DNA from: Mytilus californianus
Taxonomy: Eukaryota
Direction: 5' to 3'
DNA: 64,000 nt
Assembly: GCF_021869535.1 (NCBI RefSeq)
Contig: NW_026262581.1
Location: 137,826,001-137,890,000, forward strand
Part shown: piece after piece, positions 24,840 through 37,439 of the stretch
How the letters are laid out: every line of letters starts with the position of its first letter
How positions within the stretch are numbered: the stretch's first letter is position 1
The notes under the pieces: generated by a model
The model's input: the letters and a program-made list of their open reading frames with translations, nothing else
The model's database searches: none
What the model was told of the DNA's origin: nothing
Made by a program: the position numbers and the translations under genes

Positions 24840-25644
24840 TGTTCCGGACCATATGAGTATTTGGACCATACGCGTATTGTCATGACCATATGCGTATATA
24901 CTCATATGGTCCGCCCATACGCGTATGGTCCGGGTGTTTAATACGATGGACGTTGCCTTAAGCACGAACCTTCAAGGTGTCATTAATTAAGAGTTTTTAA
25001 TTGTGACTTATCACATCAAATGGCAACCATTGTTACATGATTAATGAAATAAATTTAACTCTACTCAAATTGAAATTTAAGTTAAAGCATTTTTACGTGG
25101 TCATTTTCGACTTGTCCTTACGAAACACAATATGTGTCGATTTTGACTTTGGAATATAAGTTCAAGAAATATTTAAATGTACCGTTTAAAAAGAAGTCAA
25201 CTGTTTAACTCACAGGTACTTGGGGCATTGCACCCTCACCTATTTTCCTTTATTTTAATGTTTTAATTTGATTTTAGTAAATATTTTTTTTAATATCGTA
25301 GATTATGTTTACTTATTTAATGATCTTTAATGTGTTCATGTTCCTATTTATACAATCACGTATTTTAAACGTGCTGTCACTACGAACTACTGTCATTGTA
25401 AGTTCGTATGAATAGAAACAAAAACATATCAATTAAGTGAAAATATGTAAAATTTAGAAGAATTTAAAAAATTAAACTATCTAAATACCGGGGAAAGAAG
25501 AAAATAGCCCATTTTAAATATATTCGAAAAATACCTATATGGTCTAAATACTCATATGGTCCGGCTCGTTAATATCCAAACGAGTATATACTCATGTGGT
25601 CCGACTATACGCGTATGGTCCAAATACTCATATGGTCCGGAACA
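24840..25644. mobile_element. Non-autonomous TIR element, about 805 bp, TA-flanked, superfamily not assigned
   Basis: TGTTCCGGACCATATGAGTATTTGGACCATACGCGTA at the left end and its exact reverse complement at the right end; subterminal ACCATAYGMGTAT repeats; no ORF. Confidence 0.85.
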
Positions 25645-26675
25645 TATATAACATTGTCAATTAAAGTTATTACATTCAACCTATGTTGTACCATCGTTAA
25701 CCCACAATGAAATTAGAGTCAATACATTTTATGCCAATGACTTTTGTTGTTCCTTGCATTGTCTGTCGATTTCGAGTCTTTGTTTTATTAAAAGTCGATA
25801 AAGGGCTTCTGAATGGTATGACGCCGTGGAAGGTTTTGCGAACTTAAAAGTGATTATTCTCCTTCCCTCCATTTCATCTTAAAAATGCAAAAGGAATATG
25901 CGACATTCCACTTGCTTCGTATCCTGAATTTAGCATCAAAGTGTTGTCTAAATAGTTCCTGCTACAATATTATCAAGATTTTCCACTTTTTCAACATGGT
26001 TCGTCTCCAAGATTGGCATACAACATTTGTATAACTGCTGTTTTATCTGTGGTCGATCTTGAAAATGAGTCAAAATCGGTGAAGTGAAAAAAATCATTGA
26101 ATTGACTCTATTCTGATTTGAAACACAATCATAATTAGTGATGATATCAAATTCCTATAAAAGGCTGGATATAACAGCTCATATGACAACTGTTTGCGGT
26201 CTGTATGGGTACTGGATACATGCCATCGTGAAAGGGGGACAACTGTGAATATGCATACCATAGGGAGCCAAATGTGAAATGTAAAAACACGAATGCATAC
26301 ACCATAGGAGGTGAAGCTGGTATGTTGCTACTGTGGTTACATTTATGACAATTTCCAGAGATTTAAACGAATCCCCTTCAAATTTAATAACACGTTTTGA
26401 ATCAGAAACATGTGGAAACTAGATAACTTAACCATGGCAAACGATTTCGATATATATAGCACGGAGTTTCCATCGCATAACATAGACAAGGATGAAGGCA
26501 CGTCTTGAGTAAAGACTTTACACAGAACGAATATTTCTCCACATAGATAAAATGTAATAAACAGACGTTTAGTTTGTTTTTAATTTTATTATACCATCCT
26601 AAATACTATATGGTATTGTTATTTTTAAGCATCATGAATAGGTATTAGTCATTTAATCAAATGTATTTATCACAT

Positions 26676-29600
26676 TTATATTTTGGACTTCGGGAAAAAT
26701 CTGTTAATTTTACAAGGCGTGAGATCATATGATGGTGACTTTCCCATGGCCAGTTCTCCTAAGACTTTTCCCACAACTGGTGCCAGCTTGAATCCATGTC
26801 CTACAATCAGTGAATTTAAAAGATAAAATAATTGAATATACCACTCTTATAATTTATTTTCCAATATTGATGTTTTCATGCATTTGTCTTTGGAATATAT
26901 TAATTATTCTATTTTTAAAACAACTACGAGGAAAGACAAAAACGTGAAAATGCGAAAACGCGACACGACGACGGCTACAACGCGAAACAAAAATCATTTC
27001 GTGTTTTTGCGTTTTCGAAATTTTGAAATATCAAAGTCGAAAACGTAAAATGGCCGTATCCGGTCACCATAATTACCTGAAAATCCCGCTCCGATTATGA
27101 TATTCTTCCACGATGGATGGGTGTCTAAAATAAGGTCTTCGTCAGGTAACATCTGAATGAACCAAAATAAATATAAAATTAAATCCTCTTAGTTCATTAT
27201 CTCTAACACAATATAGGTGGGGTACTTTCAATCAAAGTGCTTGTGAGCACTGACAGGTAAAGATTGCTTTCCATTTGTAAAGTGAAATTAAATTTAACCC
27301 ATTTAGGCAATATTTTGAATTGTAGTTATCTTCTTTTGTTCATAACTGTACACTTGTAGTTGATCCTATTTTTACAACAGATATATTCATGCACCATAAT
27401 ATAAAATCGTTTTCTTGACAAGCATGGTTAAACACATACACATCATGTTGTATCTTGAATGTTTTAGTATATATTATTGATACATTGCATGACATGTGCT
27501 GGGTAAGATCTTTAGAATGTTCACATCGCTGTACTAAATTAATAAGATTTGGTTTGATTGCCAATAAGACAGTTTGGAACCTGAGAGACCAAATGACGTA
27601 GATGTTAGCAGCTATAGGACCTTCAACAATGATCAAAACCCAAACCGCATAGCAAGACATAAAAGACCCCGACATGACAAATGTAAATAAAGGCAACAGT
27701 AGTATACCGCTGTTCGAAACTCATAAATCGATAGAGATAAAAACAAATCCGGGTTACAAACTAAAACTGAGGGAAACGCATCAAATATAAGAGGAGAACA
27801 ACGACACAACAAAAACACAACATTAAAATGTAACACACACAGAAACGAACTATAATATAACAACGGCCATTAACTTAAAACAATTCAAACGAGAACACTA
27901 ACGGTTTGATTAATGTACAAAACAATAGACGAAAAATGAATATGATGTACAATAACAAATGACAACCATTGAATTACTATGCTGTTAAGACTCTCAAAGG
28001 TAGAGATGGTGACATACGGGTTTTGACGGCATATCATGCGATCTTTATCCCTCAAATGACAACAGTCCATATATTAGGAATTGAAGCCTTTTCTTTAGGT
28101 TTCTAATGTTGTTTAGTTGCTGTCTCCATATCATTAAATCTGGCCGTTTATTGGTCTATGGCCATGATAAATCATTAAATGTGAGGGAAAAACTTCATTA
28201 GAAAACATTATAAGATCAGAAATAAAGGAAAAAAATGTTTTTAAATAGCATACCGTATAAATACATGTTTCGACAATACTAGGCGAAGGAACTAAGTTTG
28301 GAAAATGTCTGGCTACATATTCAGATATTTTATCTATCACCCATTTATCATCTGCAGCATCTCTATTGTCTGGGTCTATCTCCGGTCCTGCATGTAAACA
28401 GATCTAAAAAGAAAACATATGACTGAACTGAAATAATAAATGTTATATATTTACATGTAATGACATTTCTAGATTCGTCTCCCTATATCCGAACCACAAA
28501 ACTATTCCCAGGCAATAAAGATATTGGTATTGGCTGTTAACGTTATATGTCCTACTAATTACCTTCAAATAGTCATATATTTACTACATAGTTCGAGTAT
28601 CATCTATACATTTACTGAAAGAATTACTTGAATATTCCAGTGCTGACCAAGTTTCATTAGTTAGTAAACAATCATATATTTTTACGTCATCTGAGAAGTT
28701 ATATTGTTAAATTTTTGAATAATATTTCTCTGTCATCAACATGGTGTGTACCTTAACATGCCCAGGGTATTCTTCACTGGGTAGTCCATACACTTCGTAT
28801 CCGTCTATTGCTGGAATCTGGAAGAACACTGGGAATCTATCAGCACCGTATTCTCCCTTCGTTCTCTCTTTCCAGTAACACACGTTAATTCTCATTGGCT
28901 GTAGATTAAATTTTAAAAAGAAAGCTTAATGATAAACCATATCTCTGAATAAACAGAGATGTGAAGTATACGTCAATGAGACAACAACCCAACGAAAAAT
29001 TAATCAAAAGACATCTAGAAGGCAGCATACTGTCCTCAACAATACACAGGAGTCTTTCACTATGTAAAGATCTAAATCAACCGGAGTCTACAAGGGCGGA
29101 GCAGTTGGAAATGGGGAGAGCAAAACAATGCCAGAAGTTTGCCCAATTTCAATAGACTTTTCAGTCCACTCCTACGCCACTGACTTAGTGGATAAATTTA
29201 ATAAAACATTCAGAGACTTGCTATAAACAAACAGTTTTCCAAATAACAAAAAAACATGAAGATACCACATAAGACAACGACTGACAAGGTAACTTAATTC
29301 GGACAGGTATATATAAATGTGGCGAATTCTAAATTTTAAACACCCTCCTCCTTAACCCCGATCGATAGATGAACAAAACGCCCATATAAGAACATACTAC
29401 AAAAGCAGTACAGTAAAAAGAACATAACTCTAAAATATTGGTATCACAGATAACAAAAACATAAAATAAATAAAAAAATATACTGCAGTTATTGAAACCA
29501 AGGTAAACGTACCTATCCTGCACTGAATAATGACTGTTGTACATATTAGAAGATTTCATGTTGCAACTAATTGAGATTCGAGAAGTAGTGATAAGCAAGA

Positions 29601-32600
29601 ACTGTATAATTATAACTTGTATCAATAAGTGTATTATGGTCATGGAACAGTAAATGGGCTAAGTCACAGGTTTTGCATACAACTTTGGCTCGTTGAACTA
29701 TAACTGAAAATCGAAAAAAAAATAATGCATTTATCTCTTATATTATCTGAAATATTACTGATTGAATTCTTTCAAAATAGGTGAATATTTGTATAGAAAG
29801 CATAAAAATTCGTCGAAAAACCTTCTTAAATTTGTCTTAAAATCATCAAATCTCTAATTTCTTTTCATAGATTTAAAAAATAAAAACTACATGTTGTTGA
29901 TACATACATTTCCGTTTTAACGATATAAAATATTCATATGGTCACCGACTTCATTTTTACGGTATACAATAACATCATTCAACGTGGTGTTCTGTGTGAA
30001 CTAGAGGCTTCCAAGAGCCTGTGTCGCTCACCTGATTCTACTTTGGTTTTGGAAATCATGTAAAAATAGATTAAAATCATAACAGATACCCTAATAATGA
30101 TTGAGGCCAAACTTGGTTTAATATTGGCCCCGTAATTTAATCAAAAGCAGAAGACTTTTGTAAAGTTTACAGAAATTACCAATAAATTCATTGAAATTGT
30201 AGAAAATGACTTTATAAGGACAATGACAAATCAGCTACAAAGTAACAACACTTGGTCAGCACCTCAAAAGAAACATTCATACCATGTTTGGTTTCAATCC
30301 ATTTTGCGGTTTTCTAGAAGAAGACATTTGTATATATTTCTCTTAGGGTCTATGTTAAACTAAGTCCCCCGTTGGCGGCCATCTTGGATGATGGATCGCC
30401 TACAAAGTTACAACACTTGGTCAGCACCTCATAAGGAACATTCATACCATGTTTTATTTCATTCCATTAAGTGGTTCTCTAAGAGAAGACGTTTGTATGT
30501 ATTTCCTATAGAGTCCTATGTTAAACTAAGTCCCCCTCTGGCGGCCATCTTGGATGATGGATCGGCTTCAAAGTAATAACACTTGGTCAGCACCTCATAA
30601 GGAACATTCATGCAATGTTTGGTTTTATTCCATTCAGTGGTTCTCTAAAAGAAGACATTTGTATGTTTTGTCCATGGGGTCCTATGTTAAAAGAAGTCCC
30701 CCCGCTGGCGGCCATCTTGGATGATGGATCGGCTTCAAAGTAACAACACATGGTCAGCACCTCATAAGGAACATTCATGCCATGTTTGGTTTCATTCCAT
30801 TCAGTGGTTCTCTAAAAGAAGACATGTGTATGTATTGTCCATAGGGTCCTATGTTAAACGAAGTCCCCCGCTGGCGGCCATCTTGGATGACGGATCAGCT
30901 ACAAAGTAACAACACTTGGTCAGCACTCATAAGGAACATTCATGCCATGTTTAGTTTCATTCCATTCAGTGGTTCTCTAGAAGAAGTTCAAAATGTAAAA
31001 AGTTAACGACGACGACGACGAAGGACGACGGACGCTAAGTGATGAGAAAAGCTCACTTGGCCCTTCGGGCCAGATGATCTAAAAATACCACAAAACGTCG
31101 AAAGAATCAGTTCTATTCCACTGTATGTTAAATTTGATTGGTTGAGATCATTCCACATGACACTGAACAACACTTTTCGAGGGTGAGCAAATCTTCATAT
31201 CTCCCTAAGCCAAGGGAAATGAATGTTTTATTCCACGGCCTATTCTTTATTTACTACCAAGTACCTGAACATAAAACATTAATTTACGTACATTTTTCTC
31301 AACCGCTTGTTTTCATAACTAAACACGACATAATTTAAAACATTGATAAACAGTACCGATCAAAAGATAATTATCTATTTTCTTGGGTGAACAAATCTTC
31401 ATATCTCCCTCAGGCACGGGAAATAAATGTATAATATGTCAGATGGAACAAGAGATAATGCATTATTTTTTAGATTTTCAGTTATAGTTCAACGAGTCAA
31501 AGTCGTATGCAAAATTTTAGCAAAATCTGTGAAATAGCCCATTTACTGTAACTTGACCTTAAGCCAAGTTTAATATTTCATTAACCGTTGCTTTCTCTTG
31601 TATTCATTTTCAACTATACTTTTTTGGCACGTCATGCAAAATTTGTTACATTATGTTAAACTTAAAGAGTTCTATTTCTTTAATGGAATAACTAATTTTA
31701 AAAGATTGATAGAATAAGTGGACTGTTTAAGAAATACTCACGTTATACTATGACATGTTCCTACCTTCAGAGGTGCATTTACACCAATAGCAGGTAGAAT
31801 CCTCGTAGCCCATGGACCAACAGTTAACACCAGACTTCGACATTTGTATGAACCTTTAGTTGTCTGTACTGTTATTACGTCCCCTGGTAAAATGTTAACC
31901 ATGGGTTCTCCATCGTGTAATTCTCCACCAAATTTCTGAAACTGGTCCTATCGATATATAAAGTACGGGTTGTTAAAATTCGTGATGTGCAAAACCTTTA
32001 TTTGTCTTCAATCTTCATTGTGTGTTTACGTTCACATCGGCTAGCAAAAACAGCGTTGCTAAAACGTTTATTTTTAACCAACATCTTTATTTTTAAGATA
32101 AAGATAAAGAAATAAAGGTAAAATAGAATATAAGAAATGTACTCGAAATAAACTTTCACATAATATATTTAACACCTACTTGAAAAGCTTTAAGGGCTTT
32201 GTCTGCTCGAAGTATACCCCCACTGTGATCTAACACAAATGTAAAGTCGTCTGGAAATGATACCATAGGAAACCGGGCCTTGGCCTGGGTCGAATCTAAA
32301 ATATCCATCGCCATATTGTGTTTTATCAGCGACTGTATAGTGCCATTAACAAAAGTATTATCTGTTGTACCCATGGTCAGCATTCCTGTTTGTCTAAAAC
32401 ATTGAATGTTATTCCGGTCAGAACATTACGAATTGTGTACAATATGGCTGTCAGTAAACAGGATATAGGATTTTTTACTGATCCTGTATTCCTTTGACTG
32501 ATTATTTTTGGTATCTCTACGTTTGTCTCGTAAATCAAGTGGTTAAAATAAAAAAAACAAAATTAACTTTGTAGGAATATCGCACGAGTAGGACCTCCAC

Positions 32601-33574
32601 AAGATTTCTTCAATTTAAATCTAGATTAACCTAAAGAGTTTTTAGATGGTTTGCAAATATAATTGTTGAATGTTTTGCTATCATTATTTTGGGTAAAAGT
32701 ATGTTCAATATCATTCGAATGTCTATAAAACTTAATTTCACATCACATATCATTTCATTTTTAGTGAGGGCAATATGATTAAAACCGTGTTTTCTCCATC
32801 TTGAAGAGTAGAGGGCGGCTCGAGGGCGGTGCATTAACTGCTCCTATTGCCAGATTGTGTTAGTATAATAAGCAAGAACATTATATAATAATGGAAAATA
32901 CGGTGAATGAGATAAATTAATTCTACAGAAAATATTTGTAATACAGGAGAAGGGAGTGCATGTGCCATGCGCGCTGTGAAAAACATTAAAATAACACACA
33001 TATAGGCATACATTGATTACGTTGAATAAACAGCAGATCTATACATTTTATTTATCTATAATTTTCTACACTATAAATGAAATATCGATTGACATCAATT
33101 TGATAGAATTTGAACTTGAATTACCTAAATACAGAAGTTTTGCTTTCTCTTTCTAGAACTTCCCATAGTTTGAAGGCCTCCTTCATCATAATGGTGTAAT
33201 GTTCTTTTGGGCCATAAGCCTTTCTTGTAATTCTACTCTGCCCATGGGAACTACCTCTGTTGTGTGGAAGAGGAAACTATAAAGATTAAAATGTTCATTA
33301 AGTCGGCAATATAATACACAAAGAAAAAAACTGATTTGGCCTAAGTGATAATCCTACTTTAAAGGTAAACCTAGATATGATGATGTTATGTTATATCAGA
33401 AGACCATTACTAGGGCTCTAGTAATGGACTTCTGTTAATATTTATGTTAATTCGTCTATAAATAAGTGCAGATACCTGTTCTAACTGTAGTGTTGTTTGG
33501 CCCTGTTTTGCCAGATGGTAGGCCGTAGCTGATCCCTCTATCCCCGCTCCCACAACAATAGTATCATATATCAT
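26676..33574 (-). CDS. PIPOX: Peroxisomal sarcosine oxidase / L-pipecolate oxidase-like, paralog C, 381 aa, complete
   Basis: Exons 33476-33574, 33125-33276, 32180-32393, 31765-31947, 28752-28898, 28254-28403, 27077-27152, 26676-26800 (1146 nt including TAA). [42 protein letters not shown]; C-terminal SKI. Confidence 0.93.
27686..27870. mobile_element. Unclassified interspersed repeat (terminus AAAGGCAACAGTAGTATACCGCTGTTCRAA)
   Basis: The same terminus occurs in reverse, degenerate form at about 85-128 and 15566-15610. Confidence 0.55.
29999..31085 (-). mobile_element. Helentron-associated non-autonomous element (HINE/DINE-1-like) with 166-167-bp internal tandem repeats, in PIPOX-C intron 4
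   Basis: Minus strand: 5' hairpin with GTGAGC, (GTC)n microsatellite, central repeats (GGCGGCCATCTTGGATGA at 30375, 30541, 30708, 30874), 3' subTIR AGGTGAGC and terminal hairpin AGGCT..AGCCT, T-rich flanks. Confidence 0.85.
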
Positions 33575-33946
33575 TTCCTACGTTACCTGCGAGTATAACC
33601 GTTCAAATAGGTTAATAACGAGGACAACAAATACACTTATGTAACTAAATAACTTTGTTGATATGAGTTGGAAAATCTATATATATATATTTCTCTATTT
33701 CTATGGAAATTTATCCCTTTCCGAACCCATTGTATAAAAAAATTTAATCAACGTGTGGTTGCCAGTGATCTCAGAAGATCATTGGATATGAGTTTAAGGG
33801 TCATAACCTTTCTCAGCTCACTGGATGCATCAAAATATGCTAACAGGTGTTAATGAAATTGACAACTTTATGGAAAGTGGAAGGCACTCGAAGGGGATTT
33901 TAGTTTAGCAAAAAAGGAAAATTTATTTTTTAATCATTAGAGAAAC

Positions 33947-34106
33947 AGATTCTTACATAGTTACTCGTGGATTATCGGATTTATCCAATCTCGATAGTTA
34001 AATTATAAATTTTAAAGTTCTCGCCGAGGCTCGGACTTTAAAATTGATAATTTAACTATCTCGATTGGATAAATCCGATAATCCACTGGTATCAATGTAA
34101 GAATCT
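33947..34106. mobile_element. 160-bp foldback MITE upstream of PIPOX-C
   Basis: Arms AGATTCTTACA..GTGGATTATCGGATTTATCCAATC..GATAGTTAAATTAT.AATTTTAAAGT and their near-perfect reverse complement around a short GC-rich loop. Confidence 0.85.
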
Positions 34107-34124
34107 ATATATATATATATATAT

Positions 34125-34846
34125 ACAAGTCTAAATTGAAAACAACGTTCAAACCTATGATTGCGTTGGATAAAAACCGCAATTTGTATATGTGTGCATG
34201 TAAAACAAATTTCTTGGTAGAGGGGACTAAATACAGCACAAACAACATTTTCCAAAAGACCAAACAAGTGAAAATGTATATTTTAAGAAAACGCATCTGA
34301 CTAACAGGTCGAACAACGGATGTTCTTAAACCCTGCTGACTGCAATTGGCGATTGCCAAATAAAGTGTTCACCAGATGTAACAAAATGGATCTTAATATT
34401 AATTTAATACCAAGCAGAAAACAATAAACTTGCGGAAAAGATGATATACCACAAACATGAGGTGCAAAAATTTGTACACCATATCCGGATTTCGACAATT
34501 AATGTCTCTTCAGTGATGTTAGGGATCGAAACGGTATTTGGAAGGCCATATAGTTTACCTCAATTTAGGATAGAGTCTTGAATTTTAAAGAGTCGAAAAA
34601 GGATGAACGGATCATATAAACCCGAAGGAAAATATAATACAAGCCCAAACGAAAAAATATAAACAAGTCTAAATTGAAAACAACGTTCAAACCTATGATT
34701 TCGTTGGATAAAAACCGCAATTTTTATACGTGTGCATGCATGCAAAACAAATTTCTTGGTAAAGGGGTCTAAATACAGCACAAACAACATTTTCCAAAAG
34801 ACCAAACAAGTGAAAAAGTATATTTTAACAAAACGCCTTTGACTAA
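34125..34846 (-). mobile_element. Hammerhead-bearing direct-repeat unit (Penelope pseudo-LTR or retrozyme-like)
   Basis: About 180-bp direct repeats at 34125-34304 and 34663-34846 (538 bp apart), (TA)n on both flanks, hammerhead between them. Confidence 0.7.
34477..34518 (-). ncRNA. Intact minimal type I hammerhead ribozyme
   Basis: Minus strand CAUCA-CUGAAGA-GAC-AUUAAUU-GUC-GAAA-UCCGGA-UA-UGGUG: stem I CAUCA/UGGUG, full core, stem II GAC/GUC, palindromic stem III, cleavage triplet AUA. Confidence 0.8.
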
Positions 34847-35918
34847 TATATATATGCTTTGACGAAACGATATAAAAAAAATCGATCCCAAATATTTTTT
34901 TAGCATCAGATCTGCGTAAAATTGCCTTTCAAATACAAATTATATATTGAGATTTGTGTAACAATGAAAAAGTGAACGATACAACCACAGTTTTCGACAA
35001 TCTGGATGGGATTTACAGAATGAATATAGAGAATAATAGGGCAAACAGTGCAGAATAAAGAGCAAAAAAAAAAAATAGGCAAACAAAAAAAAAAGAATAG
35101 AGAATAAAGGAAAAAATAAATATAGAATAGAGAAAAATGGTATAAAAAATAAAGACATTGTCGAACCGACTTCCATAGAAAGGCAGGCTGAAAGTAACGA
35201 TTTATGAAATAGGGATATCTTCCATAGAGACCGTACTTTCACAGCAACTACTATTAATTAACTAACTATGAAGCCGAGACATCTTCCCTTAAGTTAGTAA
35301 TTTCGAGAAAAATTTAGTCAATGGGGCATTAGACCTATCAATTTCAATCTGCTAGTAGCGTATAGTTAATGACCGTAAAATGACCTCTAGGTGTCTTGGT
35401 TTTTATACCACTGGATTGCTATCTCATTGGCATATTCCAACCCATCATTTCTACTTTCACAATACATATAAAAAAATATGAAGATGTGGTATGGTTACCG
35501 TCACTGAGACAACTATCCATAGACAATGATCAACAATGCTGTAAACAATTACATATCACCTTACGGCCTTCAACAATGGGTAAAATCCATACCGTATAGT
35601 AAGCTATGTTAAAGGCTCCGCTGTGAAATAAAAAATGAAACAATTCAAAAGAAAAAAAAACCAATGGCCTGATTTGTACTACAAAAATGAACGGAAAAAA
35701 ATATGGCATGCAGACATAAACCAATGACACTTAACTACTGGATTACTGTCTGGTTCCTAGCTTGGGACAGACACATAACAAATATAGCGAGGCTGAATAT
35801 GAACTTGTTCTCCTGCATACAAACCTTTCCAAAGTCATTTTGCATCGTTATATTTATCCTCCTCATTATAATAAAGTGTTTCCGTTGTAAATCATTTCAT
35901 GTGGTTTTGTGTGTGTTT

Positions 35919-36056
35919 NNNNNNNNNNNNNNNNNNNNNNNNNNNNNNNNNNNNNNNNNNNNNNNNNNNNNNNNNNNNNNNNNNNNNNNNNNNNNNNNNN
36001 NNNNNNNNNNNNNNNNNNNNNNNNNNNNNNNNNNNNNNNNNNNNNNNNNNNNNNNN
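35919..36056. other. Assembly gap (138 N)
   Basis: Run of N. Confidence 1.
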
Positions 36057-36548
36057 TATTGGTGTTGAAAAACACTGTACATGAAGAAAGCTCAATATGC
36101 AATGTGCAAGGTATTTGATTGAGCCAATGTAGCACCCATTGCTGAGCATAGAAATTATTCTCAACGAAATAAAACTTTTTAAAAACAATTAAAATATTTG
36201 ATTGACAAATTTCTAGAATGAATTGATATTAAAATAATGACAAAACGAAATAAAATATTAATATGTTAGGATATATAATATCTAAAATAACCACATATCA
36301 ATTTGTTTTAATAACAATGTAATTCACCCATCAGAAATCACACTGAGATTATAACACTGAATTTCTGATATGTTATAAAAAATTAGGAGATATAGTATTA
36401 TGACCAATGAGACAACCACCCACCTAGCTAAGACCGAAAGATAATTATTAACTTTATATGTGTATATCTAATATAAATAAATCTTAATCTTTGCTTGATA
36501 TTGTTTCCAATATGTTCGTTTTTTTTTTATTCAACTCAAATAAAGTAA

Positions 36549-36918
36549 ATAGATATAGGAAGATGTGGTATGAGTGCCAATGAGACAACTCTCCATCCAA
36601 GTTACAATTTATAAAAGTAAACCATTATAGGTCAAGGTACGGCCTTCAACACGGAGCATTGGCTCACACCGAACAGCAAGCTATAAAGGGCCCCAAAAAA
36701 TTACTAGTGTAAAACCATTCAAACGGAAAAACCAACGGTCTAATCTATATAAAAACGAGAAACGAGATACACGTATGAACTACATAAACAGACGACAACT
36801 ACTGTAATCAGATTCCTGACTTAGGACAGGTGCAAACATTTGCAGCGGGATTAAACGGTTTAATGGTACCAAACCTTCTCCCTTTTCTGAAACAATAGTA
36901 TAACATCACAACATAGAA
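36549..36918. mobile_element. Second long copy of the AAGATGTGG...GCCAATGAGACAAC interspersed repeat
   Basis: Near-identical to 14293-14663. Confidence 0.75.
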
Positions 36919-37439
36919 AAAACATACTATAAAATATCAATTGGAAGGCTTAACTCAATCAAAAAACGTAAATTAACACACAATGAACGAATAAATTTGA
37001 CCTGTGACACCTGAATGCAAATACACAGTTAATAAAAAATTACAAGGGATAAATAATTAAAGTCAAAAGTAAATAAACAGGTTTAAACAAAGTTAAAGTA
37101 TGTTATCACTGTGAAATTTCAAACAATTTATAGAAAATCATCATTTTTGAAGAAACCTGCGTCACATTATACACAGGTAAATGAAAATAATTGTGTTGTT
37201 ATGTATACTTCTTCTTCTGTGTGTATAAAATCTTCCGTTTAGGAATACCAAGAAATTTCTTTAATATCAATAAAACTAATCTAACACTTGGTACATATGG
37301 GGTGAATATCAACAATAAAAATATACAATTAGTGCTAGATAAAACTTCCTGTACAGGTCCAAGAATAGCATCTGAGGAAAAATTAAATAATTTTGATGTT
37401 CATAGTACGAAGAAGTGAAAATTTGTAGTAATTAAATAC

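Noticed and set aside
30388-30909. Two near-identical 62-aa ORFs (MMDRLQS...)
   Set aside because: They come from two adjacent pairs of 166-167-bp HINE monomers.
193-33574. Bacterial soxA/solA operon or recent horizontal transfer
   Set aside because: Seven conserved spliceosomal introns and a PTS1-like tail indicate ordinary animal PIPOX genes.
35703-36188. ORFs spanning 35919-36056
   Set aside because: Artefacts of the N gap.
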